A stretch of 63,626 bases of DNA, the filler included, from Octopus bimaculoides (taxonomy: Eukaryota), in assembly GCF_001194135.2 (NCBI RefSeq). It is 8 parts of 8 records of this genome, joined end to end, with 100 filler letters (N's around TTAATTAATTAA, not from the genome) between each part and the next. Parts side by side here need not be neighbours in the genome. Positions count along the whole stretch, not along the records: positions 1 to 11,502 come from NC_068986.1; positions 11,603 to 14,128 come from NC_068988.1; 6 more parts are not named here. The stretch is one strand, 5' to 3'. Under the pieces are notes generated by a model, which made no database searches, had not been told where the DNA came from, and worked only from the letters and a program-made list of their open reading frames with translations. Both the position numbers and the translations under genes were made by a program. Shown here piece after piece: positions 1 to 11,947 of this stretch; position 1 is the first letter of the stretch; each line of letters begins with the position of its first letter.

Positions 1-288
1 ATCCCTCGCGCAGCCCGCCATAGCATCCCTTACTTCAGCAGCTGTGATGGGACCCTCACAACACTCTGCCTCTCCCGCCGAGAGCCGCGGCAGAGCGGTC
101 AGGTAGGCACTGAAGTCCATCCTGCGTTCCGACCCACCGCTCGCACCGAACAGTCGAGCAAAGTGCTGTTGAAAGGCCCCACACATCCTTTCGGGTTCGA
201 GCAAACTACATCCCTGTTCATCGATTAGAGACCGAATGGTGGCTCTGTTACCGCGTTGCGCCTCCGCCACCCGGGCTTTTCGCGCAGC
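1..288 (-). mobile_element. L1/Tx1-clade LINE ORF2 fragment (linker between endonuclease and RT), running off the window start
   Basis: Hand translation of the minus strand is open for 96 codons: AARKARVAEAQRGNRATIRSLIDEQGCSLLEPERMCGAFQQHFARLFG...FSAYLTALPRLSAGEAECCEGPITAAEVRDAMAGCARD. The FL..LPRLS....LEGPIT..EV..A pattern precedes KSPG.DG in L1/Tx1 ORF2. The 5' side ends at a (GATA)n array. Confidence 0.7.
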
Positions 289-289
289 T

Positions 290-367
<78 letters not shown>

Positions 368-390
368 TAGAATATATATGCATATATACT

Positions 391-455
<65 letters not shown>

Positions 456-797
456 GTATACACACACACACATAATGTGAATGTATGTATGTATGTATAT
501 GTTTGAATGTATGTATATATATGTATGCGTATGTATTTGAAGGCTTTTATATTCCAAATTCCAGCCGATGTAACACAGCACCAACAAGGAAACAGGAGAA
601 CATTAATGTGAAACACATAAATAAACCAGTTTATAATCATCGTGTTTGTATTTAAACATGGTTGAAAAGAATATCCGCAATGCTGCTCTGTACAATAAAC
701 ACAATAACTACAAACACTTTCACTTATATTCACACATATAAACAGATACCTTTACACATAATGAAACGTACTTAATCACACTATTAAACTACACACA

Positions 798-855
<58 letters not shown>
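289..855. repeat. (GATA)n, (GTAT)n and (AC)n microsatellites
   Basis: Read directly: (AGAT)n about 289-455, (AC)n about 789-855, then an N gap ending in (CT)n. Confidence 0.95.
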
Positions 856-1653
856 NNNNNNNNNNNNNNNNNNNNNNNNNNNNNNNNNNNNNNNNNNNNN
901 NNNNNNNNNNNNNNNNNNNNNNNNNNNNNNNNNNNNNNNNNNNNNNNNNNNNNNNNNNNNNNNNNNNNNNNNNNNNNNNNNNNNNNNNNNNNNNNNNNNN
1001 NNNNNNNNNNNNNNNNNNNNNNNNNNNNNNNNNNNNNNNNNNNNNNNNNNNNNNNNNNNNNNNNNNNNNNNNNNNNNNNNNNNNNNNNNNNNNNNNNNNN
1101 NNNNNNNNNNNNNNNNNNNNNNNNNNNNNNNNNNNNNNNNNNNNNNNNNNNNNNNNNNNNNNNNNNNNNNNNNNNNNNNNNNNNNNNNNNNNNNNNNNNN
1201 NNNNNNNNNNNNNNNNNNNNNNNNNNNNNNNNNNNNNNNNNNNNNNNNNNNNNNNNNNNNNNNNNNNNNNNNNNNNNNNNNNNNNNNNNNNNNNNNNNNN
1301 NNNNNNNNNNNNNNNNNNNNNNNNNNNNNNNNNNNNNNNNNNNNNNNNNNNNNNNNNNNNNNNNNNNNNNNNNNNNNNNNNNNNNNNNNNNNNNNNNNNN
1401 NNNNNNNNNNNNNNNNNNNNNNNNNNNNNNNNNNNNNNNNNNNNNNNNNNNNNNNNNNNNNNNNNNNNNNNNNNNNNNNNNNNNNNNNNNNNNNNNNNNN
1501 NNNNNNNNNNNNNNNNNNNNNNNNNNNNNNNNNNNNNNNNNNNNNNNNNNNNNNNNNNNNNNNNNNNNNNNNNNNNNNNNNNNNNNNNNNNNNNNNNNNN
1601 NNNNNNNNNNNNNNNNNNNNNNNNNNNNNNNNNNNNNNNNNNNNNNNNNNNNN

Positions 1654-1710
<57 letters not shown>

Positions 1711-1759
1711 ACTACCCTTCTTTTCTCACTCTCTCTAGATTTTTATTTCAAGCAATATT

Positions 1760-2320
1760 AAGGCGGTGAGCTGGCAGAATCGTTACTTCGCCAGCCAAAA
1801 TGCTTAGCAGCTTTTCTTCCGACTTTATCTTCTAAGTTCAAATGCTGCCGGGGTGAACTTTGCATTTCAACCTTTCGGCGTCCATAAGCACAGGAGTCGA
1901 TGTAATCAACTAGCCCTCTCCCGAAATTGCTAGCTTTGTACCAAACTTTGAAACCAATATTAACTGAATTGTTTCCGGCTGTACCAAAGGTATGCTCAAA
2001 TTCTGCCGAGGTCGGCTTTGCCTTTCATCTTTTTCAGGGTCGAAAAAATAGGTACCAGTTGAGCACTGGGCTAGAGGCAATCGAATAGTCAGTCCTCTCT
2101 CTCGCAATTCCAGGCTTTGTACTTATAGTAGAAACAATTAAAGTAATATCAAGGGTCGATAAAATAAGTACCAGCCAGGTACTGGAGTTGATGTAAGCAA
2201 AGATATCAGGCCTTGTACCTAAAGTGGAAAAGAATATTAAGGCAGTAAGCTTGCATAATTTATCAGCATGCCGGACAAAGTTCTTCGCAACATTTCTTCC
2301 GGTTTTATGTTCTGAGTTAG
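1760..2320 (+). mobile_element. Cluster of degraded family-A SINE fragments
   Basis: Repeated pieces of aggcggtgagctggcagaatcgtta, gagttcaaat(t/g)c.gccgaggtcg.ctttgcctttcat, taagtaccag and ggccttgt.cct, which match the intact copy at 28085-28298. Confidence 0.75.
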
Positions 2321-2377
2321 TGAGATGTGGTTCAGGGAAACAGGATCTGTAAATAGGAAATAAAGGGTAGTTATTTC

Positions 2378-2763
2378 GGTAATTTTTCAGATTAACACCC
2401 GCACGATCTCCACTAGGGTGTTAGGTTTAGAGTTTTAGGGTCAGGGTTAGTTTTAGGGTTAGGGTTAGGGTTACGGTTACGGTTTAGGGTTAGGGTTAGG
2501 GTTACGGTTACGGTTTTAGGGTTAAGGTTAGGGTTTTAGGGTTTGGGTTAGGGAGTTCTGTCCCTAACCATAACCTTAACTCAACCCTAACCCTAACCGT
2601 AACTCTAACCCTAACCCTAACCCTAAACACTAACCCTAACCCTAATCCTAACTCTAATCCTAACCCTAACCCTAAACTAACCCTAAAACCTTAACCCTGA
2701 CCCTAAAACCCTAACCCTAACACCCTAGTAAAGATCGTGCGGGTGTTAATCTGAAAAATTACC
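2378..2763. mobile_element. Foldback/MITE-like palindrome with internal telomere-type repeats
   Basis: 48-bp terminal arms (ggtaatttttcagattaacacccgcacgatctccactagggtgttagg, and its reverse complement with 2 mismatches) enclose degenerate (TTAGGG)n, a 6-nt loop gttctg (2555-2560) and degenerate (CCCTAA)n. The flanks gttatttc and attatttc match at 7 of 8 positions. Confidence 0.8.
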
Positions 2764-2780
2764 ATTATTTCAAGCCAAAA

Positions 2781-2945
2781 TGGTGGCGAGCTAACAAAAT
2801 CGTTTGCACGCAGGACGAAATGCTTGGCAGCATTTCTTCCGCTTGTATGTTTCCAGCTCAAATTCCACCGAGGTCTACTTTGCCTGTCATACTCTCGGGA
2901 TCGATACAATAAAGTACCAGTTGATCACTGGGTTTGATGCAAGTG
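2781..2945 (+). mobile_element. Family-A SINE, degraded
   Basis: tggtggcgagctaacaaaatcgtt...ctcaaattccaccgaggtctactttgcc...aaagtaccagtt aligns by eye with 28085-28298. Confidence 0.7.
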
Positions 2946-3765
2946 ATTTATCCCCTTCTATTACCCAACCAAAATTTTAAACCAGAAGACAATATTGCAT
3001 TTTCCTTCTTTGTTTACTTTCAAAGCAACGCAGCCATTTGTGGTAATAGTTACAGTGGTAAGAAGTGGCAGAAATATGATTTGAATCTATTTCAAAGCAG
3101 ACTGCATCTTTTTGATATCAAGATCTTATTGCATGGTCGACGCTTATTTCCGGTTATTTGATGTAAATACGTAATAAATATCATCTATCAAGAAGACAAA
3201 GCCACTGAAGAAAACATTTAGTAACTGCGCACATCATTGTATATTTAATTGTGTTTTCTTCATAAATGAGCGGTTTTTGTACGTGGATGTTCGTCCTCCT
3301 AAAAATAGAAGCCAAATCTTCCTCAAATCAAACCCTATCATCTTAAAGATACGGAGGACACATTGGATAATCTAATCCTAGATACACTATTCCTTAAAAT
3401 AAGATAGATGAGTCGATTTTCATTATACGTCTGATGGTCTGACCTAGAGCTAAACGACTACAACATAAAAGCAACGCAAATTTATAATTTCTAGCATAAG
3501 CATCATGTCACACATTCAGGAGAGAAGTGCATAGTCGAGGAAATCAACTGCTGTGTTTGACTTGTCATTTACTTTATTGACTCTGGATGAATAAAAGGCG
3601 AACCTTGATAAAATTTGAAAACAAAACATAAAGAGACGTAACTCGGTGCCAGAAGGTTTACTATCTGTTATTCAGTTGATTCTGTCGTTCCTACGTGTTA
3701 CATGGTAATATTTGTAAGTGAAGCAAGATAGTGGTATATTCTACCGTATATGTTTCCTTGTGCGC

Positions 3766-4083
3766 GTAGCTTTGTGGTTAAGGTAGTTAGCTCACGAGCA
3801 TAAAGTCATGAATTCGATACCCCACGACGCCCTGAGTGCTTGAGCAAGACACTTCATTTTCACGTTGCTCCAATCCACTCAGCTGGCAAAAATGAGTTGT
3901 ACCTGTAGGTCAAGGGGCCAGCTTTGTCACATCCTGTGTCACGCTGAACTTCCCTGAGAACTTATATGAAGGGTATACGTGTTTGCTGGATGCTCAGCCA
4001 CTTGTACGTTAATTTCACGAACATACTGTTCCATTGATGGAATCAACTGGAATCCTCGTCTTCGTAACCGACAGAGTGCCAGA
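3766..4083 (+). mobile_element. tRNA-type SINE with a CORE-like middle and the family-B 3' tail
   Basis: A/B-box-like head (gtggttaagg...gaattcgatacccc), middle cttgagcaagacactt...gttgctccaatccactcagctgg, then the tail gccagctttgtcaca...aactggaatcctcgtcttcgtaaccgacagagtgcc shared with 11603-11947 and 37606-37990. Confidence 0.7.
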
Positions 4084-7000
4084 GTGCCTTCCTCGTGACA
4101 TCAGGTCTATCAGGCGATCCCACTCAGTTGCTATTCAGTCAACAAAGAAGACAGTTCCTGTGATTCTTTATAGAGCATCCGAGAATGATGGGAAGCGGGT
4201 TGGAAGATATCCTCAAACCAGAGACCGACCTATCCCGAATGCTTGCAACAGAAAGGACTCCGCTGAAGGCACTCAAGGTGCCAAGTGATGGTATTAGACT
4301 GGGTAACGAATTAAGTCTACCACCTAAATTTACTATGGTGGAACTTGAACGCAGAATGCAAAGGGCTGCAACAAATACTGCAAAGCATCTGGTTCGACGT
4401 TATTGCATTTCTGTCTATCCATCACCTTTACTCAAGCTCTTCACTTCCTATGGAGCTTAGGCTGTCGACGACTCTGAGCTGTTCCTATTCCATATCTTGT
4501 CGATTTTCACTTACCATCGATGCTTACTTTTCATCTGATATTTTTTACTTGTTTCAGTCATTATATTGCGGCCATGCTGGGGTACCGTCTTGAAGAATTT
4601 TGGGTCGAATGAATTGACCCCAGTACTTACTATTTTCTTAAGCCTGCTACTTATTCTATCGCTCGCTCGCNNNNNNNNNNNNNNNNNNNNNNNNNNNNNN
4701 NNNNNNNNNNNNNNNNNNNNNNNNNNNNNNNNNNNNNNNNNNNNNNNNNNNNNNNNNNNNNNNNNNNNNNNNNNNNNNNNNNNNNNNNNNNNNNNNNNNN
4801 NNNNNNNNNNNNCTCTCAACCAGAAACTTACGCTCCGCTGGCATGGCTCTAAGGATCACTGAAGCACGCAAGCCGCAACACTGCAACGAGGCATGGTCCT
4901 CGTGATGGGATACTCGCCCTGGTTTGCTACTGTTGTATCGACTCTGAAGGAACGAAATGCAAAATTAGACAAACACTATGTTCTTGTCATAGAATTTTTA
5001 TGTGACAATACAAAGGTATGTTCTCCGTTGTTTTCTATCGACTCTGAGATCAAATAATAAAAAAGGCCATTTTCTGACCTTTTTTTGGGGGGGGGGGATT
5101 TTGCACATATGAAACTGAAAATTAAAACGGATGGATATATCACGTGTTATGCATATAAGAATTGAAAGTATAAAGACGTAACGCATTTCCTAACGGATTT
5201 TTTCCTTTTTGCTTTACAATAATCAATCCTATTTCAATAAATTACCCTATTTCGTTGTGTTTACGAATATTTTTATGCTTATATAATTTCCTGTTGCGAT
5301 TCATCTTCCATTATTTGAATAAGATGGAAGGTGAAAATTCAAAGTAACGATTCGAGAAACTCCTACAATTGGAGTCAAGATAGAGCAACTGCTGTACTGA
5401 TGACGCATACTTTGGTGGAAACATGTACGTACAGATGTCTTTTGGCCTCCAGAAAGAACTGACTGACTTTAATGGCACGGCAATCCCGGAAAATTCTTGA
5501 TCCTTGAAATTAACATTCTTCTTATTCAGAGTATGTCTCATTTATCACTAGGTGTTTGTTTACGTTCTTTCGAAGCGCAGATAGTTCTAATAAATCATGA
5601 ATTGATCTTGTACAATATTCAATATAACATTATTCGTTGTCCAAATCCATGCGACTGACAACTCCGACATTTATCTTATTTTGTCACATATAAAAACACT
5701 ACACATAGTTTGGATTAAGTGAAAATGTAAAGAAATGCAAATGTACACATACAGATTGCAAATGTTTGCGCGCTTATGCAAATTAAACAAGCCAATTTAG
5801 TTCTGCCCGAGGGTAAGCATGCTATAAATAGCTATAAGTTATTACGCTCTCTATGGCCATGAAGGAATATCCGATCCCTGACGACAAATTAATAAATGCT
5901 GAAACTAGTCGATATCTTTTTCTAGACGCAGAGGGGAAAAAACTTTTAGCTGCATCTTTTACATTTCTATACATAGAAACGCAGAAATACGCATATGTAT
6001 ATACATGTGTGTGAGTCTTTAAGGAATATATATGTACGTGTGTGTGTGTGTGTGTGTGTATGCAGATAGATCATTTATATGTTTATATGTGTTCATATTA
6101 TATCTATTCATATATGCATTTGTGGATATATTTATGCATGTATCCGTACATGTTTTTGTCCATGATCGCATGGATGTATGTTTCTCTGTGTGTATGTGCG
6201 GGTGTGTGTGTGTCTCTGTGTGTGTGTGTGCGTGTTCGTGCGTGTGTATACATGCATGTACATTGGCATGCATGTGTTCGTTTTTGCATATGCATATCTA
6301 TATGTAAATATTAATACAAGCCATAGATATTGTTAAATCAGCTTATCTAATATACATGTGCGTGTGTATATGTATATTTATATATATATATATATNNNNN
6401 NNNNNNNNNNNNNNNNNNNNNNNNNNNNNNNNNNNNNNNNNNNNNNNNNNNNNNNNNNNNNNNNNNNNNNNNNNNNNNNNNNNNNNNNNNNNNNNNNNNN
6501 NNNNNNNNNNNNNNNNNNNNNNNNNNNNNNNNNNNNNNNNNNNNNNNNNNNNNNNNNNNNNNNNNNNNNNNNNNNNNNNNNNNNNNNNNNNNNNNNNNNN
6601 NNNNNNNNNNNNNNNNNNNNNNNNNNNNNNNNNNNNNNNNNNNNNNNNNNNNNNNNNNNNNNNNNNNNNNNNNNNNNNNNNNNNNNNNNNNNNNNNNNNN
6701 NNNNNNNNNNNNNNNNNNNNNNNNNNNNNNNNNNNNNNNNNNNNNNNNNNNNNNNNNNNNNNNNNNNNNNNNNNNNNNNNNNNNNNNNNNNNNNNNNNNN
6801 NNNNNNNNNNNNNNNNNNNNNNNNNNNNNNNNNNNNNNNNNNNNNNNNNNNNNNNNNNNNNNNNNNNNNNNNNNNNNNNNNNNNNNNNNNNNNNNNNNNN
6901 NNNNNNNNNNNNNNNNNNNNNNNNNNNNNNNNNNNNNNNNNNNNNNNNNNNNNNNNNNNNNNNNNNNNNNNNNNNNNNNNNNNNNNNNNNNNNNNNNNNN

Positions 7001-7132
7001 NNNNNNNNNNNNNNNNNNNNNNNNNNNNNNNNNNNNNNNNNNNNNNNNNNNNNNNNNNNNNNNNNNNNNNNNNNNNNNNNNNNNNNNNNNNNNNNNNNNN
7101 NNNNNNNNNNNNNNNNNNNNNNNNNNNNNNNN

Positions 7133-7290
7133 GGTAGTGGTGGTGGTAGTGGTGGTTGTGGTGGTGGTGGTTTTTGTGGTGGTGGTATTGGTAGTGGTGG
7201 TGACGGCGGCGGCGGCCATAACAATAGCTGTAGTAGCAGCAGTAGTAGTATCATCACCATCATCATCATCGTTATCATCATCATCATCAT

Positions 7291-7324
<34 letters not shown>

Positions 7325-7653
7325 CGTAGTATAAAATTCTTCTTCCTCCTCCTATCTTAATTTCCCTTTTCGCACTTCAGCATTCTCACCATCTTCACAT
7401 TCTTCAGCACCATCCTCATCAATTGCACACCAATTGTAGAATTCCGTCTTTTTGTTGTTGTTTTTATTTCTTCGCCACAACAATTCTTTTTGTAAGTTTG
7501 TTACTTCTTTTTTTTTTTCTATTTTATTGTTTTTTGTTTTCCTTGTATTTTTTTGTTCCTTGTTTTTTCACCTTTTTCTCTCATCATCTTCCAACCGCTT
7601 TATCATCATCGTCGTCGTCATCATCATCATCATCGTCATCATCATCGTCGTCG

Positions 7654-7687
<34 letters not shown>

Positions 7688-9000
7688 TTCACTACCACCA
7701 CCGCCATTACCATCACCATCATCACCACCACCACGAATATGATCATCATCATCATCATCATCATCATAATCAGCAAAAACATCTGCATCATCTCGTCATT
7801 GTCACCGTCATCACTGTCATCATCGTCATCATCGTCATCGTCGTCGTCGTTGTTGTCATCATCATTATCAACATCACCACCACGAATATGATCACCATCA
7901 CGTTCACCATAAACATATTCAGCAAACGCATCTGTATTCGTCGTCGTCGTCGTCGTCATCATCATCATCATCATCACTATCACCGTCATCGTTGGCCTCA
8001 TCATTTGTCATCGTCATCTTCATCATATTTTCCTCTTCTGCTTGTTCAACATTTCCACGTCTCAGCTCCCTCTTTCTCCACCTTTTCTTCTTCATTTTCT
8101 TCCCTTCTTCAGCTCTCCCCTCACCCCGCTTATCCTCTTTCATCTCCTGTTGCTCTTCTTCTTCTTCTTCTTCTTCTTCTTCTTCTTCTTCTTCTTCTTC
8201 TCCTTCTACTTCTCCTTCTACTTCTCCTTTTTTTTTCTCCTTCTTCTTCTCCTCCTCCTCCTCCTTTTTCTTCTTCTTCTTCTTCTTCTCCTTCTTCTTT
8301 TCCTTCTTCTTCTTCTTCTTCTTCTTCTTCTTCTTCTACTTCTTCTTTTTTCTCCTTCTTCTTCTCCTCCTCCTCCTCCTTTTTCTTCTTCTTCTTCTTC
8401 TTCTCCTTCTTCTTTTCCTTCTTCTTCTTCTTCTTCTTCTCTTTCTTTTCCTTCTTCTTCTTCTTCTTCTTCTTCTTCTTCTTCTTCTTCTCTTTCTTCT
8501 TCACCACCATCATCATCTTTCCCCTACACCCCACTTATCCACTTTCATCTCCTCCTCCTCCTCTTCTTCTTCTTCTTCGACATCATCATCATCTTTCCCC
8601 TACACTCCGTTTATCCACTTTCATCTCCTCCTCCTCCTCGTCTTCTTTTTCTTCTTCATCATCATTATCATCATCATCTTCTTCATCTTTTTCTTCTTCT
8701 TCATCACCACCATCTCTCTCCTCTCCTCCGCTCCACCTTATTCTTTCTCTCCCCTACATCCACCAATTTTTATTTTCCCCTCCTCCTGCTCTTCTTTTTC
8801 TTCTTCACCTTTTCTTCTTATCTTCTTTTTCTCCTTCAGATCTTTCTGCTTTGTCTTCTTTTTCTTCTTCTTCTTCATCACCTTCTTCTCCCTCTTCTCT
8901 TCTGCCCCACCTTATTCTTTCTCATCCACCAATTTTTATTTTTCACTTCCTCCTCCTCCTCCTCTTCTCCTTTTGTATACTCCTCTCCTATTTCTTCTAA
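7133..9000. repeat. About 1.9 kb compound trinucleotide low-complexity block: (GGT)n, (AGC/AGT)n, (CAT/CGT)n, then (TCT/CCT)n
   Basis: Read directly. 8040-9000 is strongly pyrimidine-biased on the + strand and contains block duplications. Confidence 0.95.
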
Positions 9001-9390
9001 TTCAGTGACTACGATATGGCGTCCGATCCAATTTCTCCATCTCACTATGATCTTAGATCCATCAATACATTCTATCTTGTATTCAATATTGAAATACAGA
9101 AATATTATCCAGTAATATGTAGGATAAATAATTCAGCTTATGCGTTGACTTTCTTTGTGAAATTTCACCTTGGCTAACCGATTCCAGTTTAGCAATATTC
9201 CTCAACAGAAGAGAGTCGATTGCAGAATTTGAGATATTAAAAACATAAAAACATGATTCTTGCTTTATAATCCGATAGATAAACACGCGTATCTACAAAC
9301 ACACGCATATATACATATACACAACAATGCACGCAAACACACTCAAACACACATGAGCACAAGACATAAATACACACGCTCCCGTACACA

Positions 9391-9433
<43 letters not shown>

Positions 9434-10701
9434 ACACGTGCATGCGGACACATACACACACTTACATATGCATGCACAAACATACACATGCATTGCTGCA
9501 AATGGAAAGTAGTGCTTCCCTTTCATAGCATGTGTGTATGTGTGTATGCATGTACGTATGTATGTATGTATGTATGTATGTATGTATAACCACCTCTGAC
9601 ATACATGCATACACGTATACATACTGGCAATTGACATTTTTAAGACTCGCACACGCATGACGTATAGTTACAGTGTCACACACACACACACACACACACA
9701 TTGGCCACAATTACACACACACTTACGAAGACTTTATAAACACACCTACAACGCTTATAGAGGAACAGCAGCTATACACATACCTTACACAATTATATAT
9801 ATATATATATATATATNNNNNNNNNNNNNNNNNNNNNNNNNNNNNNNNNNNNNNNNNNNNNNNNNNNNNNNNNNNNNNNNNNNNNNNNNNNNNNNNNNNN
9901 NNNNNNNNNNNNNNNNNNNNNNNNNNNNNNNNNNNNNNNNNNNNNNNNNNNNNNNNNNNNNNNNNNNNNNNNNNNNNNNNNNNNNNNNNNNNNNNNNNNN
10001 NNNNNNNNNNNNNNNNNNNNNNNNNNNNNNNNNNNNNNNNNNNNNNNNNNNNNNNNNNNNNNNNNNNNNNNNNNNNNNNNNNNNNNNNNNNNNNNNNNNN
10101 NNNNNNNNNNNNNNNNNNNNNNNNNNNNNNNNNNNNNNNNNNNNNNNNNNNNNNNNNNNNNNNNNNNNNNNNNNNNNNNNNNNNNNNNNNNNNNNNNNNN
10201 NNNNNNNNNNNNNNNNNNNNNNNNNNNNNNNNNNNNNNNNNNNNNNNNNNNNNNNNNNNNNNNNNNNNNNNNNNNNNNNNNNNNNNNNNNNNNNNNNNNN
10301 NNNNNNNNNNNNNNNNNNNNNNNNNNNNNNNNNNNNNNNNNNNNNNNNNNNNNNNNNNNNNNNNNNNNNNNNNNNNNNNNNNNNNNNNNNNNNNNNNNNN
10401 NNNNNNNNNNNNNNNNNNNNNNNNNNNNNNNNNNNNNNNNNNNNNNNNNNNNNNNNNNNNNNNNNNNNNNTGAAACTCTTATAATGATGACTCAAGCGAG
10501 ATCAATTACTTGACCATTCAGCGACAGAAGTATCCATCAATGGGTGATTAATTGTGGTGACCTCTTCAAGGAGTAAGGTATGGGAAACTCGACCTTCATA
10601 CCTCTATCAAAGACATTGCTTGGCACTAGTTTGCGAGACAGCTGCAACCAAGAATGGAATCAGGCCCCCCTCCACCCCGGATTAGAGTTCATATTGTGTG
10701 T

Positions 10702-10752
<51 letters not shown>

Positions 10753-11018
10753 CGTGCGTGTGTGTTGTGTGCATATATATGAAAAACCTCTCTTCTTTCT
10801 CTCTTTTTTCTCTCGTTCTCTCTATCCTTTCCTCAATTAATGTCTCCTCTCTCTCTCTTTCTTTGTCTCTTTCTTTTCTCTCGTTCTCTATTTCTCTCTA
10901 TTTCTCTTTCTTTCTCTCTCACTCTCTCTTTCTCCCGTTTTCTCTCTCTTTCTCCCCTTCTTTCTCTTTCTCTCTCCCTTTCTCTCTCTCTTTTTCTCTC
11001 GGTTATGCACAAGCACAG

Positions 11019-11071
<53 letters not shown>

Positions 11072-11129
11072 CACATACACAGACATATATACACAACAGA
11101 CATACAAAAAACAGCCTCTCTTGCCATAC

Positions 11130-11247
11130 GCAACCATCACATCCACCGCATACTCCATCATCACGTCCACTGCATCGAACATGCTTTGCTTCCGCCATTT
11201 TACTTTCTTAATCGCGCCCAATTTGTGAATGTACTGACTGATAAAAC
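11130..11247 (-). CDS. Candidate first coding exon (5' UTR plus MAEAKHVRCSGRDDGVCGGCDGC)
   Basis: Acceptor-like tttgtttttctgaaacag|G at 11248/11247, an in-frame upstream TAA, aaaATGGCGG at 11198, and donor-like TGC|GTATGG at 11130/11129. No downstream exon identified and no homolog recognised. Confidence 0.25.
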
Positions 11248-11502
11248 CTGTTTCAGAAAAACAAATGGCTACCGTAAAAACCAACCCTTTCGAAATTTTC
11301 TTTGCTAGAAACGAAGATCAACGTCTCTGTTTTGGAAAATGTGTGTGAGCGTGTGTGAGCGTGTGTGTGTGTGCTTGACGTCTGATCCTGGTTTCACAGT
11401 TTATCTCACGTCAGCTGCATTTGTGTTGAATTTTGTGGTTTGTATTTTTCTTTTAATTAGCTTTCGATAGCGAACCTTACACAGATACACACACACACAC
11501 AC

Positions 11503-11602
11503 NNNNNNNNNNNNNNNNNNNNNNNNNNNNNNNNNNNNNNNNNNNNTTAATTAATTAANNNNNNNNNNNNNNNNNNNNNNNNNNNNNNNNNNNNNNNNNN
11601 NN
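11503..11602. other. Artificial scaffold-join spacer (44 N + TTAATTAATTAA + 44 N)
   Basis: Exactly 100 nt; the 12-mer puts a stop in all six frames; the same structure occurs seven times. Confidence 0.95.
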
Positions 11603-11947
11603 AGGGCAGCGGACGCCCAGTCACAGGATCGGATGTTGTGAGTGTTTATTGAGCGAAAACACCTAAAGCTCCACGAGGCTCCGGCAGGGATGGTGGTGAA
11701 CCCTGCTGTACTCTTTCACCACAACATTCTCTCACTCTTACTTCCTGTTGTGCCTGTAATTCAAAGGGTCAGCCTTGTCACACTGTGTCACGCTGAATAT
11801 CCCCGAGAACTACGTTAAGGGTACACGTGTCTGTGGAGTGATCAGCCACTTGCACGTTAATTTCACGTGCAGGCTGTTCCGTTGATCGGATCAACTGGAA
11901 CCCTCGACGTCGTAAGCGACGGAGTGCCAACACCAACACCAACAACA
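11603..11947 (+). mobile_element. Family-B SINE with a partly deleted head and (AAC)n-type tail
   Basis: gttgtgagtgtttattgagcgaaaacacc...aactggaaccctcgacgtcgtaagcgacggagtgcc followed by aacacc/aacaac; near-identical to 37606-37990 and 53085-53386. Confidence 0.85.

Noticed and set aside
2415-2725. Ancient telomere-telomere chromosome fusion site
   Set aside because: The orientation fits, but the tracts are short, enclosed by near-identical unique TIRs and flanked by a TSD-like repeat, which favours a transposon.
4034-4593. Overlapping 82-91 aa ORFs
   Set aside because: They start in or run into SINE sequence, and show no recognisable motif or splice support.
5311-5541. 76-aa minus-strand ORF as a downstream exon of the 11198 candidate
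   Set aside because: The sequence is unique, but there is no convincing pyrimidine-rich acceptor and no recognisable homology.
7423-9115. ORFs of 525, 338 and 357 aa (poly-S/F/L/H) and a 134-aa poly-K/E/R ORF
   Set aside because: They are translations of stop-free trinucleotide arrays, open in several frames at once, with no complex domain.
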